From assembly GCF_001194135.2 (NCBI RefSeq), contig NC_068983.1, positions 105,633,610 through 105,697,609 on the forward strand: DNA of 64,000 nucleotides, given 5' to 3'. The notes under the pieces are model-generated. The model ran no database searches. It was not told the origin of the DNA and saw only the letters and a list, made by a program, of their open reading frames with translations. Made by a program: the position numbers and the translations under genes. The DNA comes from Octopus bimaculoides. Its lineage: Eukaryota. Shown here piece after piece: positions 27,632 through 40,338 of the stretch (the stretch's first letter is position 1; every line of letters starts with the position of its first letter).

Positions 27632-28030
27632 GGCACAGTTATAGTTGTGTGGTTATGAAGCTTGCTTCACAACCACATAGTTTCAGGTCCCATTGTGTGG
27701 CACCATGGGCAACTGTCTTCTAATATAGCCACGGGACAACCAATGCTTTCTGAGTGAATTTGGTTGACAGAAACTGCAGAAGAGTGTGTCTGTCTGTCTG
27801 TCTGTCTTTGTGCTTATGTTTATCCCTATCACCACCACTTGATCACTGGTGTTGATTTGTTTACATCCCTGTAACTTAGAGGTTCAGCAAAAGACACCAA
27901 TAAGATAAGTAGCTGACCTTAAAATAAAAAAATTAAGCTCTAGGGTTGATTTGTTTGACTAAACGCTTCAAAGTGGTGCCCCAGCATGGCTGCAGCCCAG
28001 TGAATGGAACAAATAAAAGATAGAAGATAA
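27630..28030 (+). mobile_element. SINE family B copy
   Basis: Full head, microsatellite and tail organisation. Confidence 0.75.
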
Positions 28031-28547
28031 CCATATAAAAATATACTTATTTAATAGAAAAACAAAAATCCTTTAACTAATATATATAAAATGTTTTAAG
28101 AGCTGGCTTTTATAATAAATTCATCAGAAATATAAAACTCTCATCATGAAAATTCTTTCTTTCTTTCTTTTTTTTTTTTTTTCTATTTCACCTTATCTTT
28201 TAATTTTTAAAGAATAGCAATATAACTTCAATCTAATCCTGTTTTGATTATTTTATAATTTGCTTTTCTCTAAATCCCTTTTTGTTGATCGTCCAGTTTG
28301 AAAAACTATAATTGTTTCAGTAATATTTTTTTATGTCTACCCTTGCTTGTAGGGATTTGATGACACTTAAAAATTACATTAACGTATTTAGGCAGGCATT
28401 TTACAACTGGATCCTGGTCCTGAACATTAATTGACCTATTCACAATGTGGAATTGATAAATTATTTTCAGGCAGGTTAACTGAAGTGTATAGTATAATGA
28501 TTGATGTCAGCAGGATGGAAAATAGAGTTACCTGAGGGAAATTTTAA

Positions 28548-28754
28548 CCCTTTTGTTACTATATTTCTGTTGAAATTCACTACCTTTGTTTCACTTGATT
28601 GTGATAATAATGAAGAATTTAGTATAATAAGTTTGTCATTATTATTCTGGTGTTTGAAACATAAATTGACATGAAAATTTGGTTGACCATTTTAATTTAG
28701 ATCATCTTTATCATAGAACTAAGGGCAGTCTCAGGCAAGTTGATACTGAAAGAG
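28548..28754. mobile_element. TTAA-flanked MITE, second family
   Basis: TTAA|CCCTTT ... AAAGAG|TTAA. Confidence 0.6.
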
Positions 28755-29119
28755 TTAATTCAGAACAATGGGCTATGAATAAACATTAAAAAAATCATAT
28801 ATTTAGCAAAAATGAAAATGAGTTTGTATTAATCATGTCTTTCTCTTGAGTAACATAAACAGTTAGCTTATTTCAATGCATTGACCATCTTCCAGACAAT
28901 AGGAAGTTATTGAAAGAGCTTTGTCTCTAAGATATATCAAAATAAAAAGGGATTGATAATCCTGATAACATACTTCATAAGTACTCTGTAAATGAAGATA
29001 TACCAGGCTAACAAATATGACCTGTGATAGATGTAGGAATCCAGATAATCCAAACTCAACAACTGCAAATCTGGTACAGTTACCAAGAGAAACTGATACA
29101 TTGCTGCAGATACACACGT

Positions 29120-29486
29120 ATAATGGATTTTATACATTTATTAAAGGCTCACACATGTTTCTGGTAAATGTTGAAGGGAACTAGTGACATAGTTTAATCG
29201 TATTAATCAATCCATAGTCAATCGATTGAAACAAAACAAAAAAATAGAATACACTTCCTCAGACCCACAAATAGACTGACTGCCAAAAAAAAGGAATTTG
29301 GCCAAAATTGTCAGTCTTTTGCCAATCACTTTGTGGCTCTGAGGAAGATAAAGGTGTGAGACTGTACTCTTTTCTCCCTCCCAATCAATTAACTATAGAT
29401 TGATTGATTAATACGATGGAACTAGTCCCCTCTAACATTTATCAGAAACATGTGTAAGCCTTTAATAAATATATAAAATCCATTAT
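29120..29486. mobile_element. Foldback inverted-repeat element carrying hammerhead motifs (Penelope pLTR or retrozyme-like)
   Basis: Outer arms ~105 bp imperfect IR (29120-29229 / 29382-29486); inner IR blocks CTTCCTCAGA/TCTGAGGAAG, CCACAAA/TTTGTGG, AGACTGAC/GTCAGTCT. Confidence 0.7.
29335..29460 (+). ncRNA. Hammerhead ribozyme-like fold in the last AP1G1 intron, sense strand
   Basis: GGCT CTGAGGA A GATAAAGGT [~79 nt] ACATTTATC A GAAAC ATGT GTA | AGCC; 4-bp stem I, GUA site, A.A mismatch at the base of stem II. Confidence 0.6.
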
Positions 29487-29499
29487 CTGTTTGTGTGTG

Positions 29500-29533
<34 letters not shown>

Positions 29534-29929
29534 ATGTGCACACACATATATATATATATATATGTACATATATCTACACACATACTCGTACATATGAGTA
29601 TATGTGTAGATAAATGTACATATTGTATATATATGTATGTATGCACATATATATGTGTATGTATATTTATATAGTAATGTGATTAAAACAGACAGGATAT
29701 GTATGAAGGTGTGTGAGTGTACATGCACATATACATGTTCATTAGATGCTGAATAGTAATGGAGTGAAACATCAGCTTCAAAAAAAATAAATATATTCTA
29801 CTACATGTATTGACTATTCTATTTTCTGCTTGTATATGCAAACATATTCTACAGCTTGAAAGAACGAGGCAAACTATGACATTTTCCCCACCTCTAATAA
29901 CCACTTATTTATCTTTCAACTAATTTCAG

Positions 29930-30031
29930 CAACCTCTTCGTATGCGTATCAAGCTTTCATATTCCCAGAATGGCAACACAGTTACTGAGATGAGTGAAGT
30001 GAGCAACTTTCCGGAAAATCTGTGGCAATGA
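29930..30031 (+). CDS. AP1G1: AP1G1 terminal coding exon (QPLRMRIKLSYSQNGNTVTEMSEVSNFPENLWQ*)
   Basis: CAG acceptor; LRMRIKL..Y and NFP..W C-terminus; TGA at 30029-30031. Confidence 0.96.
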   Translation, partial: QPLRMRIKLSYSQNGNTVTEMSEVSNFPENLWQ

Positions 30032-30454
30032 TACAATAATCCCAAAGATATACCTGGCAGTTCCAGCAGGTTACAGATCTCTGTCTGTCTGTCTTTCTCC
30101 TCCTCTCTCCTCTCTTTCTCCCTCACCTCATTCTGCCTCATGAAAATACAGGCTTTTGCTTTCTGTCTTACCTTGTCTTTTTTTTTTTTTTTTTTTTTAA
30201 ACAATTATAGACAGGGAAGAAACTGCACTCCATTAATTTCAGTGACTGGATTTTAAACAGCTTGAATCTTACTTTGACTTCTACTTTTTTTTTATGTCTG
30301 TTCAATACCATCTCCTTTGCTGATGTCAATAACCATCTAATACATAGCAACAATGTTGTAAAAAGAAATATCAACTACCAAATCCTTTACAGATTTCCTG
30401 GAAGAAAAATTATATAAAATATATTGAGTAACCATTATATGAGTTTATTGATCA

Positions 30455-30460
30455 AATAAA
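30455..30460 (+). promoter_or_regulatory. Candidate polyadenylation signal of AP1G1
   Basis: AATAAA about 425 nt after the stop codon; further AATAAA sites near 30812 and 30871; usage unknown. Confidence 0.35.
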
Positions 30461-32697
30461 GGCACGGTGTTGATTAAACCTAACCCAGACATCCCTCCCT
30501 ATTCTCCACTTTTACTCAATTTTCTAAAGGGTATATATATATAATTAGCATACCCTTCCAACATATCTTTTTACAAAAATCACATACACAGAGGCATATG
30601 CTTATGTACACATATACATACTTATATGTATACACACACACATACATAAACACACATACATAAACATTATATATATATATGTACACAGATGTTCACAGAT
30701 GCGTTATATGTATATACACATATATATATATAATGACAATTATGAAGAAATATTTGTAGGTATGTAAATGAAAGAAAATATATTTGGGGTTGTAAAAAAA
30801 ATTATAATAATTAATAAAAACCACATACTTTATCTAAAATGAAATCATCTAACATCAGGATTTCACTGTAAATAAAAAAATATATGCCTCTCTGGCTGCT
30901 AAAGTGCTTGTATTATCAAATTGTCTTTTGCTGGGCAAATAAGAACTATTTCAATAGTTTCTTTCTCAATTTGATTAGGAACTTGTACCTTGTATTCTCT
31001 ATTTGCAAAACAGTATCTTCAAATTCAGTTCTTATAGTTTTATTATTCAGGTTATTTTCTTTCTAGAAATAATATTTAGTTTTGCTTTATCTTTTATTAG
31101 TCATTAAATTCCCACTTTTTTCCTTTCCTCCTTGGTCAGTAGTAATTTCCTTTTTTACACTCTATTTCATTTGAACTGTTTATGCTTTTTTTTAAATTTA
31201 AAACTTGTCTAGTTAAAATTGTCATTGTATTAATTCATAAACTTAGTCAATAAATACAATGAGATTTTTTTCTTTATTTTTTAATCATTTTTAATTTAAT
31301 TTTCTACTAGGTAAAATTAAGCGAAACAATCTCCAATTCAAGCTCGAGTTATTGACATACTTGTCATATCTGTAACATCTTTTTGTAAATTAATACTCTC
31401 CTATATGCTTGCTTGGAGAAATAATGTAAAATTATATTGACAGTGATTACATGAAAATTTGATTTTAAAAAAAATGAGATTCATTTAATGGGAATTGGTG
31501 ATTCAGATTGAGATATTAACTTTTCTATTGGAATTTTTTTCATTCTACACAATTTTACAACATCCAGAATTCACAGATAAACAAAAAGGGGAAGGCAAAT
31601 TAATTTTAAAAAAAGTTTAAAAGAAAGAAAATTACCATTAGCCCACAGGATGAAGTTTGTATAGATTATCAGTTGGATAATGAATTTGCAGTTATTACTG
31701 CCACTTCCCTTCATCAATGGTTTGGTATTTGATGTAGAGCTCAACTCTGTATTTGTTATTCAACATCTGTTCCTTCTACCATTTCCTCGTGTTGTCTACC
31801 ATTACATTAAATAAAACCTTGAAAGGTTTTTTTAAATAATAATAATAATAATAATAATACAGAAATTTTAAAGAAAATGCATAAAATTAAAGATAAAGAC
31901 ATAAAATATATTGTAAAATTTCTATTGCAAGAATGGAAACCAATCAGATATCATATTTGTATATGAAAGGAATTATCCCAACTATGTTTATCACTTATTT
32001 TATCTCCCCCTTCTCCTCCCACAACCTGTTAGGTATGCAACAATGTTTAAACTGATTGTCAAATCTTCATATTGAAAAAAATCAAACCAAAAGGACATTA
32101 AAAATAATTAAAAAAAAAAAATTAAAATGGGATCCTGTAGTTATTTGTTTCAAATTTTGGAAAAGGGAAACATACCTTTTAGAAGAAAGGGAAAGCATGA
32201 AGAATTGGAATTTTCATTACCAAGTATCATTCCAAGCCAAAATGTGTTCTCACAACTAAAATGTGTAATAAAGGTTTTAAAGTTGAATTTGCGTTTGTTA
32301 TATTTCCAGTTGATGATTTTAGTATAACATAACATGTCATGTTCTTACTTGTGAAACTGAAGTTCTCAGCAGCAGAATAAAACTATTGCCTAGCTCAGGG
32401 TTGTTAGATCAAGTTACACATATACTTAGGAATATGCAAGAGAGGCTGGAGGTATGTGAAGTTTGTGGGAACACTGGAACTTTAAAGTGAATTACAACTA
32501 GTGTGTCTAGAAATTGTGTGGAGAGACTTTTGCTGTTCCCATTCACTTGCTTTTGTGAACAAAGTGTTCAGCTACGTGACCAAACAAATTTTGTGCAAAA
32601 CTGTTGAGAAAGTTATGCATCTGTGCCTCACTGAAACTGTTCCCAGAAATACTTGTAAGAGCCGAACTCATCCATCTCATTAAGAATATAACATTTA

Positions 32698-32896
32698 CCC
32701 TTTAGCATTGAAACCAGCAATACTTGACTAAAATATTCTACAATTTTATGATCAAATTGGTCAGGTCTGGCTTCTTATACCTACCCTACAATATCTTTCT
32801 AAAAAATAAACAATCACATCGTTGAAATCTTGGAGCTATGAAATAATGTGAATAAATAAGCATTATATTTAACAGATTAATCTGAATGCTAAAGGG
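32698..32896. mobile_element. TTAA-type MITE, same family as 53519 in opposite orientation
   Basis: TTTA|CCCTTTAGCATT ... AATGCTAAAGGG|TTAA; another decayed copy near 18955-19135. Confidence 0.78.
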
Positions 32897-33722
32897 TTAA
32901 ATTAAAACAAAATTGATTTCTAACAAAGGTATAAGGCTAAAAATGTGGGGAGAGGGAACAATCAATATTACTCAGTAGTTTATTGTTACTTTCATTTATT
33001 GATTCTGGAAGCATAAAAAGCAAACTTGACCACCATGGGATTTGAACTCTTTAAATTAAGTAACAAATAATACATGCCTATTGCCTGTTCTACTGTATCC
33101 AAAGATTTTACAATATATTCTTCACACACATACCAACACTAGTAGACATGAAAGGGTATACTGAAAAAGTTGGTACCCTCTATCCTATAAAGACAAATAT
33201 TGGTGATATGGGGAAAGTGTTGGATTTTCAATTCATAGACATTAAAATCATAAGCCACTGAAGGTATTTTGTTCTCCAGTTTGTCAGTTTGACCTATCTC
33301 GATCCTTCAGGTACAAGGTAGCTAGAAGATTATTGAACCATTTCTTTCTCTCTCGTGTGTGTAGAAGAATGAATTGTTAATCTTTCCAATCCAACCGAAA
33401 ACATGATGTATCTGCATATTCCACTTGTAGTGGATAACTTGGCGACTGAAGAGCATTAGCAAGTTGATATGATTTTGATACACTACTGATATTACCTTTA
33501 AGATGAATCCTTAGATAACTATTCACATACATTATCAATATCATGTGTTTTCAAATACATACATAAATGCAGGTATGGCTATGTGGTAAGAAGCTTGCTT
33601 CCCAACTATATGGTTCCAGGTTCAGCCCCACTGCATGGCACCTTGGGTAAGTGTCTTCTACTATAGTCTCAGGACAAACAAAGCCTTGCAAGTGGATTTG
33701 GTAGACAGAAACTGATCATATA

Positions 33723-34567
33723 TGAGGTCTGATCAACATGTATCTGGACTGTTGCCATACTAACGAAGCTAAAGCACGCAGAGTGAAGCCACTTGGCACA
33801 GATTGACCTTGACTTCTGCTGTGCATGCACACTAAGTTGTAACGTTCTAGCTTTCTTTTCCTGTTTACAGCAGCACTTGGAAGTAACGTGATCATCGTCT
33901 TGACCATGACAGAAAAAGTTGTCATGGCAATACCTGCTCAGAGGCCTATACAAAGTTTCAGAAAGTGTATTAGTCACAGGTGTACGAGTGGTTCAAACGT
34001 TTCCAAGATGGCCAAAAAAATGTCGATAGTGATGAATGTTCTGGGAGACCTGCAACCAGCAGAACTGAGAAAAACTTCACAGATGTGCATGCAGCTATGA
34101 AGGGAAATCGTCAAATCACTATCTGTGAGTTATCAGAGGATGTGCAGATTAGTTATGATTCAGTTCAGTCCACTGAACTGAAGATTTGGGTATAAGATGC
34201 ATGTCTGCTGAGTTTGTGCCCAAACTGCTTTCAGCTGGCCAAAAAGACGCTCAGATTTCAATTGCACAAGATCTCCTTGGTTGTGTCAAGAATGATTAAA
34301 ACTTTGCATAGGCCTCGGAGCAGGTATTGCCAAGTTTTTGGCAAAATTTGATGCAGACTCTCTGCTCAACTTTCTCTGTCATGGTCAATGCAACAATCAC
34401 ACATTACTTCCAAGCACTACTGTCAACAGCGGAAGTGAGCTAGTATGTTAAAACTTAGTGCACATGCACAGCAGAGTTTAAAGTCAATCTGTGCCAAGTG
34501 GCTTCACTCTGGATGCTTTAACTTCATTACTATGGCAAGAGTCCGGATACTTATTGATTAGACCACA
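33723..34567 (+). mobile_element. Mariner-derived ~845-bp element whose right end is an inverted copy of the 5' end
   Basis: TA flanks; IR arms ~33723-33958 / 34299-34567; internal relic YEWFKRFQDG..SGRP; inserted into a SINE. Confidence 0.85.
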
Positions 34568-35689
34568 TATGTGTATATGTCTTTGTATCTGTGTTTGTCA
34601 CCCACCATGCTTGACAACCAGTGTTGGTCTGTTTACATCCCCTTAACTTAGTGGTTCGGCAAAAAAAATTGATACGATAAGTTCCAGGCTTAAAAAAAAC
34701 ATTGAAGTGGATTCATTCAACTAAAAATTCAAGCCTGTGCCCCAGCATGGCCACAGTCTAATGACTGAAATAAGTAAAAGATAGATACATATATGTTTTG
34801 ATATACATACATAACTGTTGATACCATCTAACACATTTTGTTGAAAAGTGGTTTTTCTACACAGACACAGTCATATCAAATAGTTAAAATATTTATTTAT
34901 AGACAATTGTAGTGAACCGTCAGCCTCTAACCATAACTGAACATTTGTATTGCATTCATATTAACTTTTCTATATTCTGGAAATTAATTTTAACTGCACA
35001 GATACAGTTCATAACTTTGTGTTGCCTATCTGTTATTTATGGGGATTGGCATCTACATCAGAATCTTTGTGTCTGTCTTCTCATTCATTATGACCAGATT
35101 TATCACTGGCGATCTGTTTCTTTCACTGTTTTTTCAAGAGTTGGTATGAAAGGCACCACCAAATTTATGTATGCAAGACAATTGTCATATGTAATATTAA
35201 TAGATGAGAAAGTACTGTGAATGGAATAGAAAATACATACAATAGATATAAAATAGAGTAATTCCATTATGTTCTCAGTTAAATTTCATAATTAAGATGA
35301 CATTGCAGTGAGAATCATTGGAAAATGCTACTAAAAATTTTATTGTAGCATAACTGAATGAAGTTAATATGATCAATGTTTGATAAGAATTATTAAAAGT
35401 TAAATGACTGGAGAAGAAATATGAGCATTAAAGGAGTTCTGGAAAGAAAGATTGAATATAACGTTTTACATGGATTCTCTGGTTGAGATCAGATAATGAA
35501 AGGATAAGTGACAGGTACTTTAAGTAAGGCTTAAGTAGAAATGATATGCAAAGAGTACTTTCAGAAATGAAGAAATTGTTGTATTTTGTAAGAGACAGAG
35601 AAAAATAGCATGCAATAATGAACCAGAATTAGCAAAGTGTAGAAGATTAAAGGCTTCTTTATCAGTGATAATTTGCCATTGCTTGCTCG

Positions 35690-35948
35690 TTCTGCTTGAG
35701 CCAGAGTATACATATTCATTTGTTTATTGCCAACAAAGAGCTAAACATAGAGGGGACAAACAAGGACAGAGAAAGGGATTAAGTCAATCACATCGACCCC
35801 AGTATGTAACTGATACTTATTTAATTGACCCTGAAAGGATGAAAGACAGAGTTGACTTCAGCGGAATTTGAACTCAGAACATAACAGCAGATGAAATACC
35901 ATGAAGCATTTCGCTTGGCATGCTAATGATTCTGCCAGCTCGCCACTT
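35690..35948 (-). mobile_element. SINE family A copy
   Basis: GGAATTTGAACTCAGAAC..AAGCATTTCGC..GATTCTGCCAGCTCGCC. Confidence 0.75.
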
Positions 35949-36452
35949 TTTGTTTACATGCAAGTATCATATATTTAAAACAAACATTGATTTACATAGC
36001 TATGGGACAGGCATTGCCAGGGTATACATATTGACTAACTCAAGGATTGAAATCACACTCACTAGCTAAGCTATTGACCAACACTTATGTTCACTATCTC
36101 ATTGTCCCATAGGACAATTAGGTAATGGCAGTTAGGTTTAAATCTAACTTTTTTTTTAAATGAATGTGAGTTTAATATTCTTTCTTAATGAAAGGCTTTT
36201 CCATGATATTCATTTCTATACTAGGCTTACTTAGAAATTTTAAGAATATTTTGCATTGCAACCACAAAGTTTTGAATTCAGTTCCACCTTGGATAATGCT
36301 TTCTACTATAACCTTAGATTTGACCAATTTTTTGTGAGTGAATTTGATTAATGGAAACTGTGTGGAGGCGCATTGTGTGTGTGTGTGTGCATGTGTGTGT
36401 ATAGTGAGACAGAGAGAGAGAGTATACGAGGAGTTTTCATCAACTGACATTA

Positions 36453-37737
36453 TGAAGGGGTATCCTAAAGTAACCAGAAACGTTCTGTGGGACAAGCCTG
36501 TTCTGGTTCAGGCTTCTACTGCAATCCCCACCAATCAGTCTGCCAACTGGCTGAAGTAGTACTGTCATGTGGTGTGTCTTTGTTTTGCAGTGCCTCTCCC
36601 CCTGTTCATCGATTTTTGCAATGGCTAAAACAAAGGAACAATGTGCTTCCATGAAATTCTGTTTTCTGTTGGGAAAAACAATGGCTGAAACAGTTCTCAT
36701 GCTTCAAACAGCTTACAAGGACACTGTCACGAGTAAAACACAAGTTTACAAGTGGTTTTCAGACTTTATGAATAGTCACTTGTTGCCTGAAAACCAACCT
36801 TGTTTAGGGCAACTGTCAACCTCCTGAACAAATGAAAACATCACAAAAATTCATGAGCTGGTCCTGGAGGACTGTCACTGAACAATTGATGAACTTGTTG
36901 ATATGACTGGTGTGTCCTGGAGTTCCCCACCAATGAATTTTGAGTGAGAAATTGCAAATGAAAAGAGTTGCAGCAAAATTTGTGCCTCACTTGATCATGG
37001 AAGATCAAAAACAGTCATGACTGAATGTGTATCATGAACTGAAAGAACAGCTGGAAGTTGATCCAAATTGTTTTTCAAAGGTCATCACTGTTGACAAAAG
37101 CTGGTACTATGGTTACCATCCAGAAACAAAGCAGTAATCAAGTCAATGAAAGCATTCAATGTCATCATGCCTTCCAAAAAGTGTGTCAAGTGAAGTCCGA
37201 TGTCAAGACGATGCTGATTGGTTTCATTGATGTGAAAGGAATTGTTCACACAGTATTTGTTCCTCCTGGTCAAACTATTAGCCAGACATTTTACTTGGCA
37301 GTTCTGAAGCATTTGTGGTACACAACTAGACAAAAACGCCCTGACCAGTGGCAAAGTGGAGATTGGTGGGTTCATCACGGCAATGCACCTTTGCACACTA
37401 CCTTGAGTGTAAGACAGTTTTTCACCAAACATGGCATGAACCCCTTTACCTGGTCTCCCTATTCACCTGATCTTGTTCCCTGCGACTACTTTTTTTTTAT
37501 TATCCCAAATGAAAAAAGTTCTTAAAGGAAAACATTTTGCAGATGTGGAAGACATGAAGAAAAAACAATGGAGGTATTAAAAGGCATCACTTTTCAAGAG
37601 TTCTAGGACTGCTTCAAACAGTGGAAAATGCATTGTTTCAAATGGAGAATACTTTGAAGGCGATAAAAGTGTAAACATGTAAAGCTAAGTGAATAAAATA
37701 ATGTTTCAAAATTCTGGTTCCTTTTGGGTACCCCTCA
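36453..37737 (+). mobile_element. Full-length (~1.29 kb) degenerate mariner transposon
   Basis: TA on both flanks, ~30-bp imperfect TIRs (TGAAGGGGTATCC.. / ..GGTACCCCTCA); relic KFCFLLGKT HTH, HHGNAPLH and YSPDLVPCD motifs with stops and frameshifts. Confidence 0.92.
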
Positions 37738-39713
37738 TATGTAATAGGTATGTACTATTCCTTGCCATGGATTATCATCAAACATTCTCATTGGAAACTG
37801 TTAATGGACCTTATCTATAACTTTATCATTTTTTAAATCATGGAATTGTGTAACACATATCCTTTTCACTTTGATCCTTCCTTCATTTTGACAAACTGGA
37901 AAGTACTAACACCGTCAATTGGAGATATTTCTTCATTTTTCATATTTTTCTGACTTCTCCCCCTCTGGTGACAGAACACCTAGCTTATGGAATCCATACT
38001 CAATATCATGAGCCACATGCTTGGCTATTCTAGAAACAGCTGTAAGAGACTCTATATTCTCTTAAGTTAAATGTTTTTAAGAGATGCCAAATATTTTGCT
38101 TTTTGATTTTTTATTTTAATCTCTCTCTCACTCTCTGTCTGTATATCTATATATATATGTGTGTGTGTGTATATATATTTATATATATATATCTTCCCTC
38201 GTGGAGGTGGACATAATTCCCTTTTAATAATTATGAGATATCCTCTAGAGTTAGAGATAATTTTAATAAATCAAAAATTTTTGGTTACTGATATGTGTGT
38301 GTGTGTGTGTGTGTTAGTGTTTGTTCCCCACTATTGCTTGACAACTGGTGTTGATTTGTTTACCTCCTTGTAACTTAGCAGTTCAGCACAAGTGGCTGAT
38401 AAAATAAGTTTCTTAGCAAAAAAAAAAAAAGTACTGGGACTGATTTGTTTGACTAAACCCTTCAAGGCAGTGCTCCAGCATGACCACCGTTCAATGACTG
38501 AAAAATGAAAAAGATAAAAGAGGATACTCTGACCAGAGGATACATTCACTGAAATATTTTGATTATGGCAAGCAAGATGAGAAAACTAATTTGAATATAT
38601 CAAAATATAGTAATGTTAATTCCTTACTTCAGAAATTCAAACAAAATTTACCAAATATAATAATTATAAACTACTGTTGCACAAGAGCTAAAAAATCTAC
38701 AGGTACTTAGGAAATCAATTTTCTCAAATGCCTCAGAGGCTCTTTAGAGGTAGTGGATAATTTCTGCTACCTAGGAGACCTAATTAGTGGTGGGAGAGGA
38801 TGCACAGAAAGTGTAATTGGTGGGAGAGGATGCACAGAAAGTGTAATTGCTAGAATAAGAATAGGATGAAAAAAATTCAAAGAGCTTTTACCTTTGTTAG
38901 CAACCAAAGATCTCTCACTCTGAGTGAAAAGAAAATTGTATGATACATATATATGAACAGCTATGTAAGTCGATCATATCAACCCCAGTGCTCAACTGGT
39001 ATTTAGCATAACCTAATTTTGTTACAAAGAATATAAATACACAACCATATATCAGTTCACCTCTTTGCTAACTCAGCACCTACTAAGAGCACACATCTAT
39101 CTTCCTTCTGTTTGATAGCAATGGAGAAGCAACACCTTTATGCAAGGGACAAAACAACCATTACTGTTTCTATCTACCTTGTCTCTCTCTAGTAGTCTCA
39201 CAGATGACATACACAATGGTCTATAGAACTAGAGACAATTTGTCTACTGCAGTAACACACAATTTGTGTAGACACAACAACTTGATGAAGTTGTATTTTC
39301 TATATTGTAACAACTAACATAATAATCAGATAAATAAATGGCCATCTTAGTAAGCAATTAATATTGTTCCTATTCAATCATTAAAACAATGCATCAGTAC
39401 ACATTGATTTTTATACTTGGTGAACTTCTCACTGAAGAACTACATGCCTTCTCTACTAAATGCTGCTAAAATTGGTTCCTATATATGGTCATTACATGTA
39501 ATTCTTAGCACATCATTTAAAAATTTTAGACATACTTCAAGGGAGTTTTTATCAGTTAATTGCACGAATAAGCTCACTTGACTGAAGTTTTTCACCTCAC
39601 TATTCTATACAACCCCAAATGCATTGCTATATATATATATATATATATATTGTCAGTAAATCCTAAATCCAAAAAAGAAGTACACCCTAAGTTATAAAGC
39701 AGTAGAGTATATA

Positions 39714-39925
39714 GATAAAGATTTGGCCGGTTTATGGGGTTACCCTGGGTTTCACATCCATAAAGCTCTTAGCTTTACAGCGTTTCTTCAGACTTTAAAC
39801 CCATTGGCTTATGGCTAGAGAGACCATGGGCAAATGGGTTTAGGGTCTTAAGAAATGCTGTAAAGCTAAGCGCTTAATGGATGTGAAACCCAGGGTAACC
39901 CCGTAAACTGGTCATATCTATCTTT
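39714..39925. mobile_element. Foldback element made of two inverted hammerhead-like units
   Basis: ~95-100 bp imperfect arms with a short loop (CTAGAGAGA); adjacent to TA/TC microsatellites. Confidence 0.7.
39731..39800 (-). ncRNA. Hammerhead ribozyme-like fold (core intact, stem I eroded); crippled mirror copy on + at 39839-39907
   Basis: Minus strand: GT CTGAAGA [hairpin with TAAAGC/GCTTTA] GAAAC CCAGG GTA | AC; the plus copy has CTTAAGA but a better stem I (GGGT/ACCC). Confidence 0.6.
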
Positions 39926-39966
39926 ATCTCTCTCTCTCTCTCTATGTATATATATATATATATATA

Positions 39967-40338
39967 CTCTCTTTTACTCTTTTACATGTTTCAGTCATTT
40001 GACTGCAGCCATGCTGGAGCATCGCCTTTAGTCGAATCAAATCGACCCCAGGTCTTATTGTTTGTAAGCCTAGTACTTATTCTATCAGTCTCTTTTTGCC
40101 GAACCGCTAAGTTACGGGGACATAAACACACCAGCATCGGTTGTCAAGCGATGGTGGGGGGATAAACACAGACGCACAAACATATATACGACGGGCTTCT
40201 TTCAGTTTCCGTCTACCAAATCCACTCACAAGGCTTTGGTCGGCCCGAGGCTATAGTAGAAGACACTTGCCCAACGTGCCACGCAGTGGGACTGAACCCG
40301 GAACCATGTGGTTGGTAAGCAAGCTACTTACCACACAG
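39967..40338 (-). mobile_element. SINE family B, young copy
   Basis: High similarity to 9778-10188. Confidence 0.85.

Noticed and set aside
31312-31375. Acceptor-like TTTTCTACTAG followed by a short open frame downstream of the AP1G1 stop
   Set aside because: No homology to adaptin and the frame closes quickly; no support for an alternative terminal exon.
33148-33510. GC-richer stretch with protein-like translations on both strands, including IHLKGNIS resembling IHLEGNIS of the 55186 exon
   Set aside because: Six stops in about 115 codons on the plus frame, no clean splice structure and no recognisable family; the short match is likely chance.
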